Origin: Eledone cirrhosa
Taxonomy: Eukaryota
Length of the DNA: 64,000 nucleotides
Reading direction: 5' to 3'
Assembly (NCBI GenBank): GCA_964016885.1
Contig: OZ024741.1
Location: 379,688,001 to 379,752,000 of the forward strand
The position numbers were made by a program, and so were the translations under genes. Shown here piece by piece: positions 1-13,396 of the stretch (positions are counted from its first letter, which is position 1; every line of letters begins with the position of its first letter). The notes under the pieces were generated by a model, which was not told where the DNA came from, did no database searches, and saw only the letters and a list, made by a program, of their open reading frames with translations.

Positions 1-331
1 TATAGAGATTACAGTAGACAAAGTTCATTCTGACGCACTCTAATCATGTATAAGTAGGACACGCGTGCATGCTACACGGGAGATTGTTTCATACACTGAC
101 TACTCTAAGCTTTCCTCTTGCTTTATCTTCATAGACTGCCAACGCTTCATGTTTATCTTTATTTTCACTCTTATTTTCACTCTTGTTTTTATTTTATTTT
201 TATCCTGTAACCTTTATATGTAAATTGCCATGCTATATCATTTGATGAATGTCACCCCACTGTTGATCAATATGCGCATATGTTTTATGTGTCTCTTGGG
301 TTGAAAAGAAGGTCAAGTATGTTATAAATAG

Positions 332-380
332 TTGCTCCGAAGAATCCAAACCTCGGTTTGGAGGAAACAATTGTAAGCAA
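332..380 (+). ncRNA. Degenerate minimal type I hammerhead ribozyme (probable PLE pseudo-LTR relic)
   Basis: ttgct-CCGAAGA-a-tccaaac(ctcg)gtttgga-g-GAAA-caattg-TA-agcaa. Stems I and II pair and stem III is palindromic; the core has U4C. Confidence 0.55.
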
Positions 381-416
381 ATAAATGACTTAAACTGAAC
401 TTTGATTACTGTAATT

Positions 417-464
<48 letters not shown>

Positions 465-1027
465 ATTGAAAACCAACGCACAAATCACAGAGGGTAATTG
501 TTCGAAGTCATATTAGGTCCACGCTTGGTAGAAGTGGATCAGGTTACTAAGTTTACGTCAGAAATCCTTCATTGGGAAAGTTCGGATAGGGGGAGGACAG
601 ATATTCCGAGGAGGTAAGGGAAGTTAAAAAGTAAATATATAGAAAATAGGAAAATAGAAGGTAAAAATAAAAATAAAGAGATATGGGTTCATATGTCCAC
701 GTTGGAGTATAGAGAGTGTCAAGGGTGTAGTAGTGTGTGTTCGTTAGTCGAAAGTTAGAAGGGGGATTACAGCATGGCGCTTCCAAAATATCAAAATATA
801 TATGTATATAAATATAAATATATATACGACTTCTTTTATACCATAAACGTGGTTTTGTCTTTGCATGTAATTGTTTTCCACCGCTCTAAATAATGAAGTA
901 TTATATTCGTTTTTTTTCGTTCTTTACCGGGGTACGTTCCCAACAACCAAAGTATCGTCTTCCTGTCTTCCTCCGGTTGCAACGTTTTTTGAAATATACA
1001 CTTCTGCGTTCACGGATTAACTTCGTT

Positions 1028-1078
1028 AGTTTCAGAAGATCCCGTTAAGGGTGAAAGCAGCGATTCTTTGCTTAAACT
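1028..1078 (+). ncRNA. Hammerhead-like motif with variant core (CAGAAGA) in PLE pseudo-LTR
   Basis: agttt-CAGAAGA-tccc(gttaa)gggt-GAAA-gca(9 nt)tgc-TT-aaact. The same motif occurs at 41973-42023(-) and 44153-44203(+). Confidence 0.5.
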
Positions 1079-1190
1079 TATATTTGATATATATTTATCC
1101 TTATCAAGCGTCTTTGGATTTTAGTCTTCAAATTTATTATTATTACTATTTCGCTCCCTCGGTTAAGCACTCTATTGGCTTATATTCATC

Positions 1191-3018
1191 ATGCAGAAAC
1201 AACATCTGAATATTTCTACAAAGAACATACCCGTACCAAGCGGAAATACATACCTAAAACTCCTGATACAAAAAACCGACGCGTTCATTAAAAGGTTGCG
1301 TTGGCGTACATTTTATTTCGATAATCAGCGAAAAGCAGACAACAAACAGCATAAATTTGGGTTTAAAACCTATAATTACCCTCCGTGTAACCCAGGATTG
1401 CTACCCTTCGAAAATGATGTCTTGGAACTCATACGGAGGATCAAATTTTGGAATAGGAGCAATTCTTTCGTGCAGGACCTAAAGAATAGAATTCGTTCTA
1501 TTAAGGATTCTAATACTGTGCACGTCCATCCCGACAAAACTGGCAACGTATATATCAAGTTCAGCGCAGTACTTACCATCAAGTACATAATGTTGTAACA
1601 AAGGATTACCGTAAAACTAATCGGTGCGTCATTAATGAAATCAACGATGCTGGGTTTAAAATCACCGCTGATCTCAACATCCTGCACCGGACCGAACCTC
1701 TGAACCCTATTTCTCCCCACGTTACCCTGAAGGATCACAAATCCAATTTTCCGAACAACCCCTCTATTCGGCTTATTAACCCTACGAATCCGATTTAGGT
1801 AGACTTAGTAAAACGATTCTTGATAGAATTATACCTGGAATTAGAAGTTTGGCCCCTCTTGCACTGTGGAACAATTCTTTCGCGGTGATTGATTGGTTCA
1901 ACGGCATATGCAACAAGGAACATTGCCGTTTTATCAAATTTGACATCAATAATTACTACTCCTCCATCACTTTACCACTTCTCCTTAGAGCTATCACTTT
2001 CGCTAAAACACTCACAGAATTTCGAATTTGATGTCATCCTCAATGCCCGTAAGTCGGTGATTAATTTCGACGACTCTATTTGGATTAAAAAATCAAATAG
2101 TACCCCATTCGACGTGAGAATGGGCGCCAGCGATTCTGCGGAGGTTACTGATCTTATCGGCCTTTTCTTTCTTTTTTCTATCAAGACGAATTCTCCAACG
2201 CGGGCGGTGGTTTGTACCGTGATGATGGTCTTTTGACCATGACTAAGTGCGGCCCACGTGCTTGCGACAGATTCAGAAAAGAACTCACAGCCTTCTTTAA
2301 AGACTTCAACCTCTCTATACAGGTTGAGGCCAAATCCCTACGCATTATATGGTATAACCCACCATATCATATGGAGGTGGCCACACCATTAGCTAAGATC
2401 TTTCTATCCCTTATTAAGAAGCATTTCCCCCGACACATAAATATAGTAACATTTTTAATAGAAATCTTATCAACATTTCTTACACTACGACACCTAACCT
2501 TGCACAAAACATCACAGCTTCAAATTTAGCTAAATTACCTAGCCGTAGGAAAACGTGCAACCCTGTAGTTAGTACTAACTGTAATTGTAGGAATCGGATT
2601 GATTGCCCCCTATCCGACATGCCTCTCTAGTAATTGTGTCTACAAATGTAAGGTTGAACCACCCACGTCCCGTAGGGCCTACATAGGGTTAACCGCAAAT
2701 AGATTCAAGCAGCGTCTTTACATGCATACCCATTCTTGTCGTTACCCTTTAAGAAGGATTATGGCTCACTTTCAGCTTATATCTGGTGTCTAAAACACAA
2801 CCACACTCAATATAATTTACACTGGGTGATCCTAGCTAGGGATAGACCGTATAACGGAAATAAAAGACCATGTGACCTCTGCGCCGCTGAGGCCCTGTAA
2901 ATGCTCTACGCCACAGACCCCATCTTAAACAAAAAATATGAGGCTATTTCGGCTTGTAAACATAAATTGCACAAAACTTTCCTGTATTTCAGCCCCACAT
3001 TATACCCTAACGGATAGT
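1191..3018 (+). pseudogene. PLE RT + GIY-YIG endonuclease pseudogene
   Basis: Frameshifted pieces: NISTKNIP, LRWR, DKTGN, FIKFDINNYYSSI, FDVRMGASDSAEVTDLIG, LYRDDGL, WYNPPY, CNC..CPL..C, VY..AYIGLT, CDLC..E. The segment between IQVEA and WYNPP is deleted near 2333. Confidence 0.85.
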
Positions 3019-3145
3019 ACGATCTATACACGGATATATTACGTCTTGATGTGGTAGCTATGTATATGTTATGTATATACCATTACTTATTTGGATAGGT
3101 AAGTATATATTACCTGTATGTTTTGTGAAGGTACGTATTCTTTCT

Positions 3146-3187
3146 CGTCCGTGATGTTTGCTCTGATCAGAGCAAACATCACGGACG
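3146..3187. repeat. Perfect 42-bp palindrome at the 3' break of the first PLE
   Basis: cgtccgtgatgtttgctctga|tcagagcaaacatcacggacg. Confidence 0.95.
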
Positions 3188-3419
3188 CTCTATCTCAAAA
3201 TTATTTTTGAAAAGCATTAGAAATGCGCAACCGGTAAAACTTAAAACCAAAACTGAATACTAACCAATAATATTACTAATTCTCACTTATTCCTAATTAA
3301 ATTATTTTTATCTGTGAACAATTTGTCAGCATTTTCTATTCCGTTTACCAATTTATATATATATTGCACCAGCCAGGTGCTGGACTGGTTTACATTTTTA
3401 CCTGAAAAACATACGACTA

Positions 3420-3534
3420 GCTTCATACAACTAGAGATCAATAATTACTACTCCTCTATTTCGCCCATAGTCCTTGTTCAGGACTATGGGCGAAATAGAG
3501 GAGTAGTAATTATTGATCTCTAGTTGTATGAAGC
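3420..3534. repeat. Perfect inverted repeat, 55-bp arms, 5-nt spacer, inside the PLE RT sequence
   Basis: 3420-3474 is the exact reverse complement of 3480-3534. Confidence 0.95.
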
Positions 3535-6394
3535 GATGAACAGGACAGACCTAACACGCGACGAGGTTCGAATCATACACGCCGCCAGAAAGACCCTGAT
3601 CCGATTCGGTGGGGACATATGGACCCGGAGAGACTGGCCAAATAATATTAACATTACAATGGGCTCCAGTGACTCCGCGTAGCTAACGGACTTGTTTGGG
3701 ATATACATACTCTACGAGATAAGGACAGAAATACCCAATCTGGACGGGGGTCTGTACCGAGACGACGCACTCTTCACCGTAGTGGACCACAGCACCACAA
3801 TCGTCGAAAATATGAAGCGGAGAATTAGGCACTTCTTTAGCAAGGTAGGACTTAAGCTAGAGATGGAACACAATAGAAAAGTAGTGAATTTCTTCTACAC
3901 CATCCTCAACACCAAGCTACACCACCCATATCATAAACCCAATGAGCAGCTGGTGTATATCAACGCTGAGTCTAATCACCCTAGATCTATAGTTAAGGCC
4001 GTAGGTAAGAGTGTCTCTGACAGGATCTCTAACTTGTCGGCCAATAAAGAGATCTTCAATAGTAGCGCTGATTACTATAACTAAGCTCTAGCTAAGGCGT
4101 CCCACAGCGATAGGATCAGCTATAACCCTAAGTGACATGATCGAGATGTACCCAAGGGTACCCCGGACCAATACCCTCAGGGGCATGAGTCGCTCACCTA
4201 ATACCTCGATGACCAGTAGTAACAATCACAGACCCCTGTCCGTCACCACACCCGGTAGAAGGTCCCGCATACGCCACCGGTCCAATACCTACAACGCTGA
4301 AGACCACTGTGCTGCGGAGCATAGGCACACCTGCAACACCCCCACCACCTGCCGCATCCTAATTGAGCAGATTTATAGCCCCACGGTGGGCCTATATAAC
4401 CCTCATGATAGTACCGCTCCGCACACCCAAGTGACACCAACCGAGCTGGACCTGAGCTGTGCACAACCACGCGATGGCCCACGGCGGACACCCAACAACC
4501 CCGAAAGAATAGGACAAGGAAAGTCACATGGTATAACCCTACGTACTCGGTGGGTCTACGTACCAGCCTGGCTAGAACATTCTTTAGAGTACTGGATATA
4601 TGTTTCCCTAGGGCCCATGAGTACCATAACATATTCAACAGGCACACGGTGAAACTTTCCTACTCAACCAGGACATAGCTGGCATAAATAGGAATAGGCT
4701 CACTGCCTCTAATACCACCGTAAACCCCAGAGCCACCGAACAGAACCAGCCCGCGGGATGCATCGGAACCCGGAGAGGCCCAACTAGCACACCGGAACCC
4801 AACGAACCTGTGCTGATTGCGGAGGCTACCCAGCCAACCCCGAGTGATGCTAACCACGCGGTACATGTGGTGGGGCTTAAGAAGTCAGGTAATTGCAGAG
4901 ACCTATCGCAGTGCCCCCTTAGTAATGAATGCATGACCAAAAACGTGGTCTACAGGTGCAAGGTCACAACCCCTAAATCGGAGCACCACTATATAGGATC
5001 CAGAGCGACGAGCTTCAAAGCTCGGTGGTATAACCATCGCCATTCCTTTAACAGAATAGATGAGAGGAAATGTACAGCCCTTTCTGAATTGATCTGGAAG
5101 CTCAAACTTGAAAAGACCCCGCATTCTCTGGTCTGGTCCATGGTTAGAAAGGTTACCCCAGACAGAGGCGGGTCTGGTATTTGCAACCTCTGTCTATATG
5201 AGACACTCGAGATTCTTCATGGCGGAAACAAGCTATTAAACAGAAGGGCCGATTTAACGACGGGAACTCTCCTCAAGCTATATGGATAAACCCCAGTTAC
5301 GCCCTCCCACACGCCTCCCCCCGTAGGTCCCCTACACCCCGTACCAATGACCAATGGACAACAACAACGACCCATGGTGTGCGGTCCCTATGGTGGATGG
5401 TCCACCTGATCCTCTACTGGTTAGGAGTCATCTAAACAATGTTTTATTGAACTGATTTTATATATATATATGTATATATGTATCATGTGTATATATATGT
5501 GTATTTTATATGTGCATGTATGCGTATTTTACATATCTGTGCGTATCTGTATGTATATATTTTATATATATATATGTGTATATGTGTGTGTGTATTTTTT
5601 TATATATGTATATGTATGTTTTACGTGTGTATATAATGTGTGTGTGTGCGTGTATTATATGTATATATTTTTTATATTTTTGTATGTATATATTTTATAT
5701 ATATGTATGTTCTGTGTATATATATATATATGTTATATATATATGTGTGTATACTTGTGCGTACATGCATGCATGCATATATATATATACACACCTGTAT
5801 GGATTTGTGTGTGTAGATGTGTGAGTGTTTGAGGGGGTAGGTGTGAGTGTATGTACAAGTGAACCAGCATAAATCTTTTATTTCTAAATTTTCTAAACTA
5901 TCTAAGTATTGGACTCTAACCATTATATTAAGTATTACCATCCCACTTTTTGTATGTGTGGATGTGTGTGTGAGTCTGTGGAGGTGGGTGTGAGTGTAGT
6001 GCACGCCAACCTACATAGGCTTTTTATTTGTAAATTTTCTACTCCAACCATAATATTCAGTAGCACCACTCAACATAAATTCCTCAATTTAAGAATGACC
6101 TGTAGTAACTATTTCATACTATTAACCTTATTTGAAAATATATCTGACCAAGAATGCCTTTTGTGAAAATCACTCATGTGCAACTATTGTCATCTTGCCT
6201 GACGGTTTGAACCTTACAGAACCACCTGCCTCTTTTAGGTGAAATGCCAACCTACTACCATCTACAAACTGACCTATGAGAATCAAGACCATTCCTGCTG
6301 ACAACTCAAAGTATTCCTAACAAGCTCATATTTCCCAAGGCTCTGATCCCATCAACACTATACACACAGATCTGGCATATCTAAGAACTGACTA

Positions 6395-6450
6395 ACTGCC
6401 TGATGAGGTCATAGCCATTCAATGGCTATCATCGAAATATATATAGCAGT
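6395..6450 (+). ncRNA. Minimal type I hammerhead ribozyme, canonical core
   Basis: actgc-CTGATGA-ggtc-atagccatt(c)aatggctat-catc-GAAA-tatata-TA-gcagt. Confidence 0.75.
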
Positions 6451-6594
6451 AAGTAAAGGATTATGAGTTCATGCAATTGACTTATGTTTCGTCACTATAT
6501 ATATATATATATATATATATAATGGAAACATTTGAACAGGGACAAAACAGAGAGGCAGTACAACAAATGTTTATTAATTTCACGCTCTGGAGAG

Positions 6595-6630
<36 letters not shown>

Positions 6631-7255
6631 TGCGTGTGTGTGTGTGTATGTGCGGATGATTGTATATATACATATTTGTTGTGGTTTTATGATTAATATT
6701 TGTCTTGTCAGTTCGCTATCTCATTGTAGGTTCAGATTGAGCAGATATATTTCAAAATTTCTATAACTGTATCCTAACATCATATTTGAGGTTAATATAT
6801 CTAGTATATCGTTATACTGTATATACTTACTTTACTAAGGTGGTAAAAATATGGCAAAACAAATTTTGCAAAACATCTCATTTTGACACAAACACAGAAT
6901 CTTCAACTATAAGACTATATGAAGAATAAATACTCTCGCTATTCTATATCTATATCAATATTGCGTATATATATTATGAGTTGTTACTATATTATTACTA
7001 TTTATAACCATCAAAACTGATTTTTTGACAGTTGTCTTTAACTATCACGGGTTTTATTAGAAAGTATGTGAAGTGTTTTTCTTTCTGCTATATCGTGTTA
7101 TCAGAAAATTCTAAATTCGTAATTTCCCGAAGCATAAAACAAAATCATATCAATAGCGTTATAATGTTTAAGTTACTTTATATTAGTTAATTATTATCTG
7201 TTTAATACACAAACACACACAATCAAAACACATATACATACGCATACAAAGAAAT

Positions 7256-7325
<70 letters not shown>

Positions 7326-7429
7326 GGGGGGGGGGGTGCGCTTAAAAGTTAAACAGAAATAACAACACAATCAGTACAGTATATGTATAGAATATATTAG
7401 TTAGGTTATCGCTTGAAATAGCGAGAAGA

Positions 7430-7470
7430 ATCTCATAACGTTCGGACGCTAGTCCTTCATCAACAGAAAG
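7430..7470 (-). ncRNA. Decayed hammerhead-like motif
   Basis: Minus strand TTGATGA-a-ggac(tagc)gtcc-GAA-cgt-TA. The core is damaged and stem I is poor. Confidence 0.3.
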
Positions 7471-8032
7471 AATAAGAAATTGAAAAGACTGGAGGGACGA
7501 GCAAGGCGGATTTGGAAAAAATGTTTTTACAGAAGAATACCAGGTCCATTCATGTTCCATTCATGTTGCCATCTCTTGGAAAGCTGTTGATGCTGGCGTT
7601 TTGTGTATGACATACTTTTATTAGAAAAGTTGATGATGGAGCGTATCTACCTGAAATAGAAAAAAAAACGTGATGTATATAGAGCTATACGTGTCCGCGT
7701 GCGGATGCGTGTGTGTATATGTGTGTGTGGGGGTGGGGTGGGGGTGGGGTTATTATAAGTCCTTATTATGCTAAAAGGACGTGTGTGTATGTAATATATA
7801 TATAGGAAAAGAGTCAGGACTCCGAATCTTCATACTGGTGGTTTGGATTGGTGTTCACTTCTCTATCTTTTATATCTCCATAGTAAATTATCTGGCAGAA
7901 ATGTCTATCATTGATTAACCAACAGATAAATTAACTATGGAGATGTAACTTACTGGTGTCGATTTAATTGATTTCCCTTCCCCCCAAATTACTGGCATTT
8001 TTCCTATACTAGAAATCATTATTATTTCTAGA

Positions 8033-8215
8033 GGATTGGCAGTATCGGTAGAGGTCGAACGCCATGCTTTGACGCATAGAGGTACGGTCCTTGCCATTCT
8101 GAGTTCAAATCCAGCCGTGGTTAACTTTGCCTTTCATCCTTTCGGGGTCGATAAAATAAAGTACCAGTAATACACTGGTTATAGCTGGCCTTGTGTCAAA
8201 TGTAGAAACAATTAT
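8033..8215 (+). mobile_element. tRNA-derived SINE (octopod-type)
   Basis: A-box-like tggcagtatcggtag and B-box-like gagttcaaatcc, then ctttgcctttcatcctttcggggtcgataaaataaagtaccag. A homolog lies at 59290-59478(-) and a further 3'-half piece at ~7950-8030. Confidence 0.75.
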
Positions 8216-8327
8216 TATTTCTAGCTATGTTATAACAATATGACCCTCTCCAAATGTAACAATATTTGTTTGAACACACAATTTCATATCGAAAACCTTG
8301 AAAAGCGAATATATATCTACATACACG

Positions 8328-8578
<251 letters not shown>

Positions 8579-8944
8579 CGTTGACTTCAGCAGCCTGCAG
8601 ATGATTTTTGAAATCATATACAGATTCTCCGTTTCTAAGAACACACACGTATGTATTGTACTACTCATAATGTACACCAACGGGAGAGTGGCTATCCATA
8701 ATCGCACCTCTTTTAAAAGGCAAAATATATACACCAGCAGAAGAACCACTATTCGAGCGGTTTTCTGCTAGCACATATAGTGTGCATATCGGTATTATGT
8801 GCAAATATATATGCATATAGATATTATATGCAATTTCAAAAGTAAATTGACGATATATTCTTCTTCGCCCACTTATTTCTTTGAGTGTCGTGATGGCAGA
8901 ATCCTTAAACACTCCTTCCAGTGAGTCTGTCAGAAGCAAACATC

Positions 8945-9510
8945 TCTAACTGATCCAGCTAGGTCTCAAAGCGTGACCAGCTAAGCTCATGGATTCTATC
9001 CAACTATCTTCCTGAGGATCTACCTCTGGATCTCTTGCCGGTTGCTTTTGCCTGTAAAATCTGTCCACCGATTTATTTTTCTGAGACATTCTAACCACAT
9101 GCCCATAGTATCGGATCTGTGATATCTCAATCCGCAGAAGTAGCTGCTTACCAGGGGTCATTCTCTGATCTCCGAGCTATGAACATTATCGAGTACCGTT
9201 ACTCAAAAAACCCTTCAGAGCAACCCCGTTTCGGCCGCTGTAATTTCCCATTGTATTCTTTCGGTCATTACCCAAGATTTCTGACCCTTGGTAATGGTTG
9301 GCATGAATATCAGGAAGACAGCTAGTTTGCGTTTTACACATACCTCCCTTCTTCTGGTTACTGAATGCTGAAGCTGGCGCATTACTGCATCAGTTTTTGC
9401 AATACTTACACTTCACTCAACCTCCTGCCTTCTATCGCTCATGAACACGGCCCCGAGACACTTGAACTTCCCTACTTGTTTCAGTAGAACTCCATTCATA
9501 TTTATATGAA
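8945..9510 (-). mobile_element. RTE-clade LINE 3' fragment, decayed
   Basis: Minus-strand remnants KQVGKFKCLGAVF and QLLLRIEISQIRYYGHVVRM, followed by an RPRGRP-like motif, typical of RTE ORF C-termini. Confidence 0.6.
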
Positions 9511-9719
9511 TTTGAGCGACTGCTGTCCATCCATCCATCACAGAATGTGTGTGTTTGTATGAATGTATGAGTGTTTAAGGGGCACATATATATGTCTCTA
9601 ACTTAAAAACGGTGATAAACACACACGTCTTTAATAACGACGACAAACTCACGCGCACGCACATAAACACAATGTCCTATTACCACCTAATAGTTTTGGC
9701 CCAGCAATTTTAGAACTGT

Positions 9720-10015
9720 CTAGGTTGTCCAGGATTGATGGGAAAATATCTGGCGCTCTTACGCTGTAGCCATGCGACGTCACAGAACAAAATCCTAAAA
9801 TACTATGTTCTGTTGGCTAACTACATATTCCAGCCTGTGATGCTCGAGACATTTGGGGGAGTCTGGCTACTGACAGCGAGGTTGTAATCTTCACTGGCGG
9901 CTCGCCTAACCGAGGTAACTGCTCATGCGCATGAGGGCACTTGATTTTTCTAGCACCACCGCCTTACTATCACCAGAGGTAACGCTGCGAAAGTGCTGGC
10001 TTGCCTCAAAAATTA
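9720..10015 (+). mobile_element. CRE/NeSL-like restriction-like endonuclease C-terminal relic
   Basis: YIFQPVMLETFGG ... RLTITRGNAAKVLAC resembles the F.P.A.ET.G ... QRGNA motif of RLE non-LTR elements. Confidence 0.5.
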
Positions 10016-10683
10016 TTACAGAGTTTGTCCAGTGCTCATCGCTATATTGTTATATTTGGCTCTGGTAGCTGCTCGTTTATCCAAACCTTTCGCCTGGCAT
10101 TTGTTGTATGTAGTCCTAGATATGGTCCTGTCTGTATGTCTTTTTTCTCTTCCATTTTCTCTATTCTTTCTTTGTATACATTTTATTTGTCTGTGTTTTC
10201 GTCTGGTAAGCATTATATTATTATGTTTCTTAAACAACTGGGAATAAACATGTAACAACGAATGACATGTAAAAATAGTTAAACTGTGTTGTTAAAAATA
10301 AATAGATAAAAATGTTAATTCGATTTACTTTCCCATTTCCAAAATTATCAAAAACTGTGTGTGAATGTATGTGTATGTGTGTGTTTGGGTAAATGTACGC
10401 GTGTGCTTGTGTGAATGTATGTGCGTGTGTTTGTGTAAATGTATGTGTGTGTTTATGTGAATGTATATGTGTTTGTGTGAAAGTATGTACATTTGTGTGA
10501 ATGTATATCTTTGAGGACCCATGTTGTCGCCCATCTCGCAGGAGGACGCACCACGAGGGTACTCTGTATTCCGTAATTAGGTAGCGACCCTGTCCTGCCA
10601 CGGTAGCCCCAGAACTTGTCCCAGAACACCATCACCGATTTGTTTATGTTGTATACCTATATATATATACACTATATATATAT

Positions 10684-11777
10684 AACACAAAATATAGCTA
10701 CTCCATTACTGAAGGTTTCTGGATCGCAGATAATACTAATATACGTCTGGATCTGTCATCAGACAGAGATGTTATGGATAAAACATATGAAATGAGTTTT
10801 AAAATCTGTTAAAAAATTGGAAGTGAGGCTGGAAAAATAACGGGAAATATACATAAGAAAATATATATATAAAAGAAGGATAAGAAAAATAATATATATA
10901 AATATATAGCATAGCAATATATAAAAAGACACACACACACACACATTCAGATATACGTAAAAATATAAATTTACGATTGTATCTCTTTTTATTATTTCAA
11001 AATTATTTTGAATGTTTATATTCCTGGGGACAAGTCTGTAAAGAATCAAAACTCATACCCACATTTGTACTCTTCCATGTCTATATTTTGTGTTGTTCAC
11101 TTTCTCTCTCCATATATATAAGATAGTAAAGAATCATCTGTACTCCACCAACATGCTAAAATAGACCATAAGGGTAAATTAGAGAACATAGAAATAAAAA
11201 TAGAATCTACACACAGAAAAGATGCAATGTTTAGACAAATCACAGAGGCAATAAACATAAAAGAATTACAACCAAATTTAAATAGAGAACATGAGTGAAA
11301 CAGCAACATCACAACTTACAATTAAGGACAAAATGAAAACACACACATGCACATAGAACAAACAACCAACCTGTAACATGTAAATAAACAAGTAAATAAA
11401 CGAATATAAACATACACAGACACCCGGATGTGGCGCATGCGCAGACTGAGCACACAACACACACACAGAAACAAGATGGCGCAGGACAGAACAAAGGAGA
11501 GGCACAAAAACAAAGAAAAGAATCCCCGGTCACTGAGGAGGTCACTGAATGTGTGACCAAAGAACTTTGACAATATATAAACAACCATCTAGTTGTGGAA
11601 CCAACCAACCAACCGGAAATTTATAAATTCCTAGATTTATAAACTTATTATAATAAATTGAATGAAAGCTACGGTGCGTGGGTTTCTTATTGACAACATG
11701 ACCCTCCCAAAGTATAACAATATCGGTTTCAACACGCGTGTTCAGATAAAGAATCTTGCTAAACAAATTCAGAAACG

Positions 11778-11826
<49 letters not shown>

Positions 11827-12552
11827 AAAAAATATATAGCAATATATAAAATATACATGTATGTATATATACATATATATATATATACATCCGGGAGAGA
11901 TGACCCCTTAGCCTTTGTCAAGGCAGAATTCTAGGAGAAGGAAAACTCTGATATAACACCTGCAACCCTGATGGTATCCAATGATGTTGAATTGTTCTTC
12001 TTTTTGGTAAATATCATCTTGGTTAAGAGAGTGGGACTGGCTTTGTGCAGTGCCTTTGCTCACTATAAAAGCTTCACGGCACAGGCATTGCTTTGTATCT
12101 GGAGATCTCTCTGCACTTGTCGTCACATGGTACCATGTACACTATGTGTCAATAATTGTCACAAGTGTAGTGTTTGTGCCAGAGTTTTCAAGTCGCTGGC
12201 TGGATTAAAACGTTACACTCGTTCAGCGCATCGGTAGGGGTTCTCCTACATGGATATAAAGTAGTGGCCGTACTCGAAAACGAGTTGACAGCCACCATAT
12301 ATATACATACATGTATAATTTATTTATTGTTATATAATTTTATATTATTTTTCTTACCCTTCTTTTATATATTTTTTCTTATGTATATTTCCCGTTATTT
12401 TTCCAGCCACACTTCCAATTTTTCAACATATTTTAAATCTTATTTCATATCTTTTATTCATAACATCTCTTTCTGATGACCGATCCAGACGTATATTATT
12501 ATTATCTGCGATCCAGAAACCTTTGGTAATGGCGTAGTTATATTTTGTGTTC
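10684..12552. repeat. Inverted repeat pair (10684-10925 / 12315-12552), each arm with an HHR-like motif; probable non-autonomous PLE relic
   Basis: The arms are diverged reverse complements. HHR-like ctctgt-CTGATGA..GAAA-ccttcag-TA-atggag at 10701-10768(-), with its counterpart at 12467-12534(+). Confidence 0.65.
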
Positions 12553-12627
12553 TTCATTTCTAATTAAATAGCTCTGTTCTATACATAGAGCACTCTTTTT
12601 TCCTTTGCTTTTCCTTCGGAATTATTT

Positions 12628-12711
<84 letters not shown>

Positions 12712-13235
12712 CACACACACACATACACACACACACACATACATATATCTATATATCTATATATCTATATATGAGAATAAACGTGCTGCGGAGTTGCAAA
12801 TGGGTTACATATGAATAAAGAGGTCCTTCATCAGTGATCTTCCAACCATCATCGGCATTTCTTCGCTTAAAAGACCATATACCTCCGGTCGGTGCGAGCG
12901 AAGGCTAAAGAAAGTCGTTGGGACATGTAAATAAAAGGAACAGCGAGAGTGTAAACAAACAAAGATGGTGAAGCAAAGACAAGTGAGGAAGAGCGAGTCA
13001 AGTCCAAACATTTCCATGAATATAAGTTCGGTGAAATCGTGAACGAGAGAGAATAAAGACCATCAAACCTGGTTGAAATGGGAGCAAGGAAGGAATTTCG
13101 CACAGGTCTAACGGGAGGAAGAAGGGGTCTAGTCTGTGAATTCGGTAAACATAAGTTCTGTGAAATCGTAGACGAGAGAGAGAAAAAATGCCGACCGGCC
13201 TGGCCAAGCGTGCGAAAGTAAAGAATTACGCACAG

Positions 13236-13273
<38 letters not shown>

Positions 13274-13287
13274 ATGTGTGTGTGTGT

Positions 13288-13338
<51 letters not shown>

Positions 13339-13353
13339 GGTGTGTGTATGTGT

Positions 13354-13396
<43 letters not shown>

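Larger units (their letters stand above)
826..3150 (+). mobile_element. Penelope-like retroelement, Naiad-type, decayed and internally deleted
   Basis: The 5' pseudo-LTR (826-1150) matches 43950-44315. Coding remnants run 1191-3018 and the 3' flank matches 43060-43190. Confidence 0.85.
3370..6480 (+). mobile_element. Second Naiad-type PLE (5'-truncated, decayed) with long 3' region and HHR
   Basis: FIQLEINNYYSSI, GGLYRDDAL, PYHKPNEQLVYINAESNHP, WYNPTY, NCR..QCPLSNEC..VVYRCKV..YIGS, ICNLCLYE, ending at 5289. HHR at 6395-6450; the 3' boundary is approximate. Confidence 0.8.

Noticed and set aside
11890-12237. C2H2 zinc-finger gene (CSVCARVFKSLAGLKRYTRSAH)
   Set aside because: It is a single damaged finger without exon context, more likely the C-terminal relic of an RTE-type LINE.
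12815-12845. Isolated CTGATGA on the minus strand (also ~41740)
   Set aside because: No paired stem II or downstream GAAA was found.
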